DNA from: Pseudomonadota bacterium
GTDB taxonomy: Bacteria; Pseudomonadota; Gammaproteobacteria; JAADHS01
NCBI GenBank assembly: GCA_021821045.1
Contig: JAKACW010000009.1
Location: 1,109 to 65,108 of the forward strand
Direction of reading: 5' to 3'
Length of the DNA: 64,000 bases
The position numbers were made by a program, and so were the translations under genes. Below, one piece after another: positions 10,292-20,049 of this stretch (position 1 is its first letter; each line of letters starts with the position of its first letter). The notes beneath the pieces are model-generated. The model had not been told where the DNA came from. It saw only the letters and a program-made list of their open reading frames with translations, and made no database searches.

Positions 10292-10624
10292 TTATTCTTT
10301 ATTTTTCAGAGACGTTTGCTCGCTGATCCAACCTAGGTAATCACTTGATCCGGCTTCAATTGGGACCATGATGATTTCCGGTAGTTCATAGGGGTGTAGG
10401 GCGCGAAGCGTGGTCTCCAGCTTGGGATACAGGTCGCGCCGTGTTTTAATGACCAGCAGGATTTCGTCGCTGGTTTCGATATTTCCTTGCCACTCATAGA
10501 CTGAGCGAACGCCGCGCACCTGATTGACACAGGCTGCCAGACGGCTTTCGACCAAGTGCCGGGCAAGCGAATCGGCCGCGCCGGAGTCGGGACAAGTGCA
10601 AAGAACTATTCCGTACGTGCTCAT
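10292..10624 (-). CDS. cutA: Divalent-cation tolerance protein CutA
   Basis: 110 aa, CutA1 fold pattern (YGIVLCTCPD...LAACVNQV...VYEWQGNIETSDEILLVIKT). It is adjacent to dsbD, the classical cutA1-cutA2 arrangement. Confidence 0.9.
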   Translation of the reverse strand: MSTYGIVLCTCPDSGAADSLARHLVESRLAACVNQVRGVRSVYEWQGNIETSDEILLVIKTRRDLYPKLETTLRALHPYELPEIIMVPIEAGSSDYLGWISEQTSLKNKE

Positions 10625-10722
10625 CGTGGGACGTATTCGAACATATAACCGGGTCGGCTGCCCATTGCGGATATCCGTATCGCGCCGGCTGACCAGTATA
10701 ACGGCCGGGGGGAGGAAAGCCT

Positions 10723-11160
10723 GTGTTTCGCGTTGTGGTGTTGTTATTCATTATTGTTCCGCTGGTCGAGCTGTATGTGCTCATCAAGGTCGGCGGTCTG
10801 ATTGGTCCAGCGCTGACGGTCGCGTTGGTCATTCTGACAGCGATCATCGGCACTTTTCTATTGCGTCAGCAAGGTTTTGCTACCCTGCGCCGGGTGCAGG
10901 ACAACCTGGGCCGCGGCGTGTTGCCGGCCGCTGAGCTGGTCGAAGGCCTTATCTTGCTGATTTGCGGGGCGTTTCTTCTCGCGCCGGGGTTCGTTACCGA
11001 CACCTTGGGGTTCATCGGCCTGATTCCGGCGGTGCGTCGCCGGCTCGCCGACCTGATCGTGGGGCAGATGCGCCACGGCTTGGTGTCTGTTTCCGAGGTG
11101 CACGATGCCGAAACACGGAAACATTACACGATCGAGGGCGAATACAGGCGGGATCGTTGA
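10723..11160 (+). CDS. fxsA: FxsA family inner-membrane protein
   Basis: Two N-terminal TM helices, then LLxPGFVTDTLGFIGLIP, which is the FxsA signature (LLLLPGFFTDFLGLLLLLP in E. coli). It lies immediately upstream of groES as in E. coli. Confidence 0.85.
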   Translation: MFRVVVLLFIIVPLVELYVLIKVGGLIGPALTVALVILTAIIGTFLLRQQGFATLRRVQDNLGRGVLPAAELVEGLILLICGAFLLAPGFVTDTLGFIGLIPAVRRRLADLIVGQMRHGLVSVSEVHDAETRKHYTIEGEYRRDR

Positions 11161-11190
11161 GTTTTCCTGCTGGCCTTCCTCCGGTTGGGG

Positions 11191-11218
11191 TTGACTCCAA
11201 GCCGGCCATCGCTATCAT
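11191..11218 (+). promoter_or_regulatory. Candidate groESL promoter (TTGACT-N16-TATCAT), about 85 nt upstream of the groES ATG
   Basis: TTGACT at 11191-11196, a 16-nt spacer, TATCAT at 11213-11218. I could not recognise a clean sigma-32 CTTGAAA/CCCCATnT pair, so this is a sigma-70-type call by eye. Confidence 0.35.
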
Positions 11219-11302
11219 ATCTGGCACTCAAACGGGGAGAGTGCTAAACAGGTACCCCCCCTCTGATTAGGCAACCCTTGCTACAACAAACGGAGTCCAC
11301 AC

Positions 11303-13251
<1,949 letters not shown>

Positions 13252-13285
13252 TTCCCAAACGCTTTCGTCTGCACTAGTAAATTGA

Positions 13286-13312
13286 AGCCCCGCATTCGCG
13301 GGGCTTTTTTTT
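13286..13312 (+). terminator. Rho-independent terminator of groESL
   Basis: GCCCCGC-att-GCGGGGC followed by TTTTTTTT, located 35 nt after the groEL stop. Confidence 0.9.
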
Positions 13313-13464
13313 CGACTTTAGAATCCGCAGTGGCGCGACCTAGTAGCATTGGTCCGCGCCCATCCGTGCTTCATACGTGCTTTCACTAGTTGGCTTGTGT
13401 TGCCTCGAGTGCAACTCTCCCGTGACTTGGATCGGCTACAACACCGCGACTGGGAGGGCACGCA

Positions 13465-14712
13465 ATGGGGCGCAGGATTTTGCCGACGCTGAAAAAAACC
13501 ATTTTTTCGATTCTGACCCTGCTGGCGCTGGCGCTGGCGCTGGCGCTGGCGCTGGCGCTGGCCGCGGCTCAGGCCAATACGGCGCCTGGCGACAGCGAAG
13601 CCCGGCTCAAGGCGCTGTTGGACGGCGCGGCGGATGCAAGAAGCGCGGCGCTGCAGTACAGCGATTTTGTGCGCGCGTTCCGCGCCCGTCACCAGAATAA
13701 CGTCTCCACTTATACGATCTACAATCAGTATCTGGACGCCGTCGGCGTTCGCCGCATCAGCAACTACCTCGAAACCGAGGACGCGGCCTGCCACGGCGTG
13801 GCGCACGGCTTGGGCCGAGCGATCGGCGAACGGGTGCCCGATTTGCGGGAGGCGATGTCCGTCTGTGGCAGTACCTGCACCTACGGTTGTGTCCACGGCG
13901 TGTTCAAGCGCTACTTTGTCGACAAGGCGGCTGACGAGCCGGACCACAGTCATCACCAGCACAACGCCGCAAATGCCGATAAGCCCGACCAATTCGCGTA
14001 TGATCGTTTCGCCGCGGAGGCCCTTGCCGCCTGTCGTGAAGATTCGCGCACGGTGGACGGCTTCTACCGCGGCAATTGCGCTCACGCCGTCGGTCACGCG
14101 TTTGGTTCGCTGGAGGCCGACATCGACAATGCACAGCGCGCCTGCGACATGTTCGACGGCGAGGAAATGCGCTACTACTGCGCGACCGGTGTCTTCATGG
14201 AGCGCGGTGGCGAGATTCGCCGGGGGTTGTTCGACAAGGGCGTGACTCGATCGGACAAACAACGTCTCGCGGTCGAATACTGCGGCCGATTCGAGCAGCA
14301 TGCCGGCGCGTGTTTGCGCTTTGTCGCGCACGCCATCTCGACGCGGGAGGAGGCCGATGGGTTTCGGGCGCTTTGCAGGGATCTCGCAGGCGCCGCTCGC
14401 GGCGGGTGTTTCAACGCTCTTGGCTTTTTGACTCGAACGTTCACGGCTAAAAACCTGGATGTGTTCACACAGGTCTGTTCCGGCGCGACACAGCATGACC
14501 GATCAGCGTGCGTCATTGGACTGTTGTTAACGAAACCTAATCAGCGTCACCGGAAAAGTCTTGAACAGGCGTGTGAAAACGTTGGCGACGAGCCGCTGAC
14601 CTCTCTGTGTAAGGATCAGCTTCAGCGCAATTACTACCAAGTCGGCAATCCCGCCATGCAGCAGTTGCTTCGGGTGGCGCAGGAGGACGACCATGCGCAG
14701 GTCGTCGATTGA
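13465..14712 (+). CDS. Secreted cysteine-rich repeat protein of unknown function. Its signal-peptide h-region is encoded by a (GCTGGC)7 microsatellite.
   Basis: A GGGAGGG Shine-Dalgarno sits 8 nt before the ATG. The N-terminus MGRRILPTLKKTIFSILTLLALALALALALALAAAQA is a Sec signal peptide. The mature part holds about seven ~45-aa repeats, each with two Cys and a C-[HA]-[GA]-V-x-H-[GA] core (CHGVAHGLG, CVHGVF, CAHAVGHAFG, CATGVF, CLRFVAHAI, CFNALGF, CVIGLL). The overlapping minus ORF 13318..14496 translates the microsatellite as RQRQRQ and is a shadow. Confidence 0.7.
   Translation: MGRRILPTLKKTIFSILTLLALALALALALALAAAQANTAPGDSEARLKALLDGAADARSAALQYSDFVRAFRARHQNNVSTYTIYNQYLDAVGVRRISNYLETEDAACHGVAHGLGRAIGERVPDLREAMSVCGSTCTYGCVHGVFKRYFVDKAADEPDHSHHQHNAANADKPDQFAYDRFAAEALAACREDSRTVDGFYRGNCAHAVGHAFGSLEADIDNAQRACDMFDGEEMRYYCATGVFMERGGEIRRGLFDKGVTRSDKQRLAVEYCGRFEQHAGACLRFVAHAISTREEADGFRALCRDLAGAARGGCFNALGFLTRTFTAKNLDVFTQVCSGATQHDRSACVIGLLLTKPNQRHRKSLEQACENVGDEPLTSLCKDQLQRNYYQVGNPAMQQLLRVAQEDDHAQVVD
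13521..13562 (+). repeat. Perfect hexanucleotide microsatellite (GCTGGC)x7 inside the signal peptide of the 13465..14712 CDS
   Basis: Direct read: gctggc repeated seven times, 13521-13562, encoding (LA)n. Confidence 0.95.
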
Positions 14713-14788
14713 TGTGGCCTATGAAATGACAGAACCCGATCCGAACGCGCCGAAGCGGGCTCTGTCGTATCCTGGTCCGAGGGGCCGA

Positions 14789-15550
14789 CTATTGGACGCG
14801 GATGCCAAGTTCCTTTGATTTTGCAGCCCACAACCCATTCAGCGCGGACCCTTCGGCGAGATTGACTGTGCCGGCATTGGAAATGATCTTCTGGCCTTCG
14901 ATGCTTAGCGCGAAGTCGACAAATCGACGCGCCTCACCAGCAGGTGCGTTAATGTCGGTCACGATGTATAGAGGGCGGAACAGACTGTATTGGCCGTTGC
15001 CGATGTTGGCCTTCGATGGTTCGACGCCGTCGAGGGCAAGCAGTTTGACGTTGCGTTTGCGCGCGGCGCTCACGCCATCCACGGCGAGCGCGTTTGGATC
15101 TTGTTCGACGAGTTCCTCAATGGTCTCGGTGCCCTTTTCCTTTTTCGGCTTTCCGTCAAGCGCGGGGAATTCGACGTTGGGGTCCTTGAAGAGTAATACG
15201 CGGAACATGTGTCCCGCCCCGGATTCTTTGCTCTCACGGTCGATTAGGTTGATCGGCGCATCGTGGCCACCCAGCTCCTTCCAGTTCGTGATTTCGCCTA
15301 GGTAGATCTTCTTTAGTTTCTCCGACGAGACATTGCTCACGGCATTGGCTTGGTTGACGATAACGACCAGCGCGTCCCACGCCACTTGAGTTAGTGTTGA
15401 ATTCTCTTCATCTGCACGCACATCCTTGCCGTTCCAAAGCTGGTGGCGACAGGTACCGCCAAGCTGGTTGTCTCCTGCCGAAACGCTGCGTATGCCTTTT
15501 GCGCCGCCGCCCCACGTTGAACGCGAGCGGCGACGGCGATGAGACAACAC
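14789..15550 (-). pseudogene. PstS-like (PBP_like_2) phosphate-type periplasmic binding protein. Appears N-terminally truncated: no signal peptide and no first anion-binding loop.
   Basis: Strong match to the PBP_like_2 C-lobe and part of the N-lobe (GGGAKGIRSVSAGDNQLGG...AWDALVVIVNQANAVSNVSSEKLKKIYLGEITNWKELGG...GVEPSKANIGNGQYSLFRPLYIV). The longest ORF starts at GTG 15550. The same frame hits a stop 28 codons upstream with no ATG, and no other minus-strand frame encodes an ISGSTTVAP-like start. Confidence 0.55.
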
Positions 15551-15619
15551 GAGCCATGCGGAATATTTCTCAGTCGATTGGAAACGGCTATATTTTAGCT
15601 GAAAGGTCCTGTCAGCCAG

Positions 15620-18600
15620 GTGACCCGAGCGTTACAAGTCTGTCATAGTGCACGAACAATGACCCCATCAGAATCGTCCACATTGTCCTCTGCCGCAACG
15701 CTTGAGGCACTGCAACAAAGCGAAGCGCGGCTCAAACTAGCGACCGAGGCTGGCGGGGTCGGACTATGGGATTGGGATTTGCGCGCCAATACAGTCTATT
15801 TCTCACCCGAATACAAGCGCCAACTGGGCTATGCCGACGATGAGCTTCCAAACCGCTTCGAGGAATGGGAGCGGCGATTGCACCCCGATGATCGCTCGCG
15901 CACGTTGACTACGGTCGAGCGGTACATTGCCGAGCCTTGGCCGGATTTTGAATCCGAGTTCCGTCTGCGGCATCGCGACGGCAGCTATCGCTGGATCATG
16001 GCGCGCGCCATGCTGCAATACGACGCCGCTGGCAAAGCCGTGCGCATGCTCGGGTCGCACATCGACATCACCGCGCGCAAGCAGGCGGAGGAGGCACTGC
16101 GTGACAGCGAGGAACGTTTTCGCGCCACCTTCGAGCAGGCGGCGGTCGGCATCGCGCAGGTGGCGCCGGATGGACGATGGCTCCAAGTGAACCGGAAGCT
16201 GTGCGACATCGTCGGCTACAGCCAGGAGGAATTGTCGCAGCGCAGCTTTCAAGACATTACGTACCCCGAAGATCTGGATGCCGATCTTGCGTTTGTCCGG
16301 CGGATGTTGGCGGGAGAGATACAGACCTACGGCATGGAAAAGCGCTATGTCCGCAAGGACCGGTCGCTGGTTTGGATTTACCTCACGGTCGGCCTAGTGC
16401 GGCAACCCACGAGCGAGCCGAAATATTTCATTGCGGTGGTCGAGGATATCAGCGAGCGCAAGCGAGCCGAGGCGGCGCTACAAGAAAGCCAACGGGCCCT
16501 CGCTACCCTGATCCGCAACTTCCCGGGGATGATCTACCGCTGCAGAAACGATAAAGACTGGACGACGGATTTCGTCAGTGATGGTGTTTTTGCGCTGACC
16601 GGGTATTCCCCATCGGATCTTAGAACGGGCGAAGTCCATTTCGGGCAGATCATCCATCCGGATGATCGCGAGCTGGTGTGGAACACCATCCAAACGGCTC
16701 TGAGGGAAAAGCGGCCCTACACACTGACCTACCGGATCCACACTGCCTCCGGGCCGGAAAAATGGGTGTGGGAACAAGGTCAGGGGACTTACTCTCCGTC
16801 GGGCGAACTCGTCTACCTGGAAGGCTTCGTCGCCGACATCACCGATCGAAAACGCGCTGAGATGGCGCTGCAGCAATCCGAGCAACGGTTACGCGACCTG
16901 ATCGACGGACTTGGTCCGAACATGTTCGTTGGACTGACGACACCTGACGGCATCCTGTTGGAGGCGAACCGCCCGGCGTTGGCGGCGGCCGGCCTGAAAC
17001 TGGAAGACGTGCTGGGCAATCCGGTTGAGGAAACGTACTGGGTTAGCTATTCCGAAGAAAGTAAACGGCGGATGCGCGCGGCCATCGAGCGTGCCGCGCG
17101 CGGCGAGCCCTCACGCTACGACGTGGCGATACGCGTCGGTGAAAGCCAGTTTACTGACATTGATTTCTCGATCCATCCTCTGCGGGACCTGGAGGGCAAA
17201 GTTGCTTTTCTTGTCCCGTCCGCGGTTGTCATCACCGAGCGCAAACGGGCCGAAGCCGAGAAGCTCCGTCTTGAGCACCTCTTGATGCAGTCCCAAAAGA
17301 TGGAAGCGATCGGGCAATTGACGGCGGGTATCGCGCATGACTTCAACAACATTCTGGCCAGCGTGCTGGGTTATTCGAGCCTGGCGCTCGAGCAGTACGT
17401 GCCGGACACATCGAGCAAACTGGGTGAGTATCTGCGCGAGGTCCAGACCGCCGGCAATCGCGCGCGTGAGCTGGTCGCGAGTCTGTTGGCATTTTCGCGT
17501 ACAGGTTCCGCGAATCGGCGCCGCGTGTTAGTGGGACCTCTCGTGAAAGAGGTGATGAAGACGCTCGCGGCGGCCATCCGGTCCAGCATCGAGCTCACAA
17601 CCAACATTGAGGCATCTGATGCCCATGTCGTTGCGGACCCGGTGCAGCTCTACCAAGTCATTATGAATTTGGTGATCAATGCGCGCGACGCCTTGGGCGA
17701 GCATGGTCGAATCGCGGTGGGTGTGCGTCGGTCGCATCTCGCCGGCGGGCACTGCGCTGGATGCCATGCCGACCTCGGCGGCGACTTCGTGGAACTCACC
17801 GTGAGCGACACCGGCCGTGGCATTCCTGCCGACGTGCTACCGCATATTTTTGAGCCTTTTTTCACGACCAACGCGACAGGTAAAGGCAGCGGCGTGGGCT
17901 TGTCCGTCGTGCACGGTGTGGTGCACGACTGCGGGGGCCACGTGTTGGTCGAGTCGACCCCCGGCCAAGGGACCATCATGCGGATCGTATTGCCAGAGGC
18001 GGTGGCCGCCGAGGCGACCGCCGCGACGCCGCTCGCAGGCCCCGCTCCTGTGCAGCCTGTCGACGGTCGGCACATACTCGTTGTCGATGATGACGCAGCG
18101 TTGGGTCAGTTGATCGGCGAGACACTGCAAGCGCGCGGCTACCTCGTGACCATCTATACGGACAGCCGCGCGGCTCTCGACCGTTTTGCCGCCGCGCCGG
18201 CGCAGTTCGATGCGCTCATCAGCGACCAGACCATGCCCGGGCTGACGGGCGTCGAACTGGCAAAAGCCGTACGCGCACTGCAGCCCGAGTTGCCGATCAT
18301 CCTATGCACCGGCTATAGCGCAACCCTAGATCCGGAGCTTGCGACCCAACTCGGAGTCCGTTTGTTCTACAAGCCGGCGCCGTTCGAAGGGCTAATCCCC
18401 ATTCTCGCGGAACTCTTCGCCGCACACCCCGGCGCCGGCAAACCCGCACGCATACTCTTGGTCGATGACGACGCATCCGTGCTCATCCTAATGACACGTA
18501 TCCTCGAGCGCCTCAACTACAAAATCAGCGGAGTTTCCGACGCCGAGACCGCACTGGCGACGCTAACCGCGAATCCACGCGAATACGATGTCTTGGTCAC

Positions 18601-18826
18601 CGACATCGGGCTTCCCGGCCGGTCGGGACTCGAGCTGGCACGTGCGGCGCGGCACGTTCGCCCCGATCTGCCCGTCATATTGACGACAGGCGCCTTGCGC
18701 CCGGGCGAGGTCGAAACAGCGCGCGGTTTGGGCATTCAAGACATCGTGCTCAAACCCAATACCGTACGAGAACTCGGAACGACGTTGGATCGTCTCGTCC
18801 GCAAAGCCCGGAGGGCTCGCGACTGA
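15620..18826 (+). CDS. Soluble multi-PAS hybrid sensor histidine kinase (4x PAS/PAC, HisKA, HATPase_c, 2x REC)
   Basis: Four PAS/PAC units are each delimited by ITERKRAE-like linkers (ITARKQAEEAL, ISERKRAEAAL, ITDRKRAEMAL, ITERKRAEAEKL). The phospho-His box is AGIAHDFNNIL. The N/G1/G2 boxes are VINARDALGEHG, DTGRGIP and GSGVGLSVVHG. Two receiver domains follow (HILVVDDD..., RILLVDDD...). There is no TM segment. The true start may be the Met at 15659. Confidence 0.88.
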   Translation: MTRALQVCHSARTMTPSESSTLSSAATLEALQQSEARLKLATEAGGVGLWDWDLRANTVYFSPEYKRQLGYADDELPNRFEEWERRLHPDDRSRTLTTVERYIAEPWPDFESEFRLRHRDGSYRWIMARAMLQYDAAGKAVRMLGSHIDITARKQAEEALRDSEERFRATFEQAAVGIAQVAPDGRWLQVNRKLCDIVGYSQEELSQRSFQDITYPEDLDADLAFVRRMLAGEIQTYGMEKRYVRKDRSLVWIYLTVGLVRQPTSEPKYFIAVVEDISERKRAEAALQESQRALATLIRNFPGMIYRCRNDKDWTTDFVSDGVFALTGYSPSDLRTGEVHFGQIIHPDDRELVWNTIQTALREKRPYTLTYRIHTASGPEKWVWEQGQGTYSPSGELVYLEGFVADITDRKRAEMALQQSEQRLRDLIDGLGPNMFVGLTTPDGILLEANRPALAAAGLKLEDVLGNPVEETYWVSYSEESKRRMRAAIERAARGEPSRYDVAIRVGESQFTDIDFSIHPLRDLEGKVAFLVPSAVVITERKRAEAEKLRLEHLLMQSQKMEAIGQLTAGIAHDFNNILASVLGYSSLALEQYVPDTSSKLGEYLREVQTAGNRARELVASLLAFSRTGSANRRRVLVGPLVKEVMKTLAAAIRSSIELTTNIEASDAHVVADPVQLYQVIMNLVINARDALGEHGRIAVGVRRSHLAGGHCAGCHADLGGDFVELTVSDTGRGIPADVLPHIFEPFFTTNATGKGSGVGLSVVHGVVHDCGGHVLVESTPGQGTIMRIVLPEAVAAEATAATPLAGPAPVQPVDGRHILVVDDDAALGQLIGETLQARGYLVTIYTDSRAALDRFAAAPAQFDALISDQTMPGLTGVELAKAVRALQPELPIILCTGYSATLDPELATQLGVRLFYKPAPFEGLIPILAELFAAHPGAGKPARILLVDDDASVLILMTRILERLNYKISGVSDAETALATLTANPREYDVLVTDIGLPGRSGLELARAARHVRPDLPVILTTGALRPGEVETARGLGIQDIVLKPNTVRELGTTLDRLVRKARRARD

Positions 18827-19556
18827 AACTGCCTCGTGGTTCCCCTGAACTACTGCCCGTGACCCTGTAGGAACCGCCATGCGCCCGCGGAATCTTCAGC
18901 ACTACTGATACCGCCCCTGAGGCTGCTCGGAGCCTGCGGCGACACGACTCCCGACGGGGCCGGCCCGTGCTGCGACGCCGCCCCACCCGGCGGCGCCGTG
19001 GACTAGCGCCGGGCCGTCCATTCCCTGCACAAGCCGAGCAAGCAGACCCCGGCGTACGCACCACCCCTGACCTGGCTGAACAAGAACACTCCGCAAACCC
19101 ACTTCGAGCTGGAGGCTGGCGCAACTACGCCACCTATGAAGTCAAATTCCGCGCCAGGGAATCCGAACTGTTGCTGCCCAATCCTTGGCGGGCTATCCAA
19201 GCCATGAAAGTCGGTTGCGGCGTCATGGCCATGGCCGGCGTCGACCGCCGCGAGATACTCTTCACCCAAGCCCGAGCGCTGTTCTTCATGCCACCCGTGC
19301 GCATCCGAAATATCGGCCTCTGCGGCAGGCCGAACGACGGCTACTTTCACTGTGTTTGATTTCGAATTCTGCCCTGAACTCTTTCACAAGAAGTCCCGAC
19401 TGGTCCAGGGCGTTCCAAGTCGTCAAGATGACGTGCTTGGGCCTGATCCCGACCAAATTCGTAAGATGTTATTGCGAATTGGTTGCCGATTTGGAACATG
19501 CACAAGAAAGGGGCGAAAAACCCCTCTCCGATACTGATTAGATCACTTCAGGAAAA

Positions 19557-19928
19557 TCAGAACCGATTGAACCGGCGGAAGCGGTTGAAGCCGCGGACGA
19601 CAGTTGTCGCATTGCCGTTGTTTACCGCGGTGACCCGGCGGAAATCATCGCCGTCGCCGCTGGAGATGCCCGTTCCCGTGGCGCCGTTGATAACGACGCG
19701 GCGATCATCGGCACCGAAGCGAGTGAAGCGGTCGTCGCCGGAGACAACGATGGCGGTGTTGACCGGAGCGGCTATGGTGGTGAAGCCCGAGCTGAAGCCC
19801 ATTCCGCCCATACCACCCATGCCACCCATTCCCATTCCGCCCATACCACCCATGCCGCCAGCGAAGGCCATGGGCGCTGCTCCGAGTGCGACAGCCAATG
19901 CGCCGATCTTTACGGTTTTGCTCAACAT
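19557..19928 (-). CDS. Small secreted Gly/Met-repeat protein (unknown function)
   Basis: A GGAGGG Shine-Dalgarno sits 7 nt before the ATG at 19928. The signal peptide is MLSKTVKIGALAVALGAAPMAFA|GG. It is followed by GGMGGMGGMGMGGMGGMGGMG, encoded by an imperfect 9-nt DNA repeat at 19799-19862. Then comes a G/D/T/N-rich region, and the protein ends FNRFRRFNRF. It is co-directional with and 106 nt downstream of the methyltransferase gene. Confidence 0.65.
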   Translation of the reverse strand: MLSKTVKIGALAVALGAAPMAFAGGMGGMGGMGMGGMGGMGGMGFSSGFTTIAAPVNTAIVVSGDDRFTRFGADDRRVVINGATGTGISSGDGDDFRRVTAVNNGNATTVVRGFNRFRRFNRF

Positions 19929-20049
19929 AGTCCTGCCCTCCAAGTGTGATGTGCCAGTGTGTGTTTGCTTTGTTGAGGCGCATCTTGGCAGGGCAAGATT
20001 AGGCGAAGCTTAGTGGAGTCTTAGTCTGAGCTTAAGGGTGAGTAATCCG

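Noticed and set aside
13318-14496. 392-aa minus-strand ORF overlapping the Cys-rich secreted protein gene
   Set aside because: It translates the (GCTGGC)7 microsatellite as RQRQRQRQ, has no domain or RBS, and the + frame has a Shine-Dalgarno, a signal peptide and a periodic Cys repeat. It is a shadow ORF.
19799-19862. Whether the GGM repeat ORF is just a GC-rich repeat artefact
   Set aside because: I kept it as a gene. It has an excellent Shine-Dalgarno plus ATG, a textbook Sec signal peptide with an AxA cleavage site, a single uninterrupted frame, and a co-directional upstream partner gene. The opposite-strand ORF 19483..20013+ (PIPPMPP…) is the shadow.
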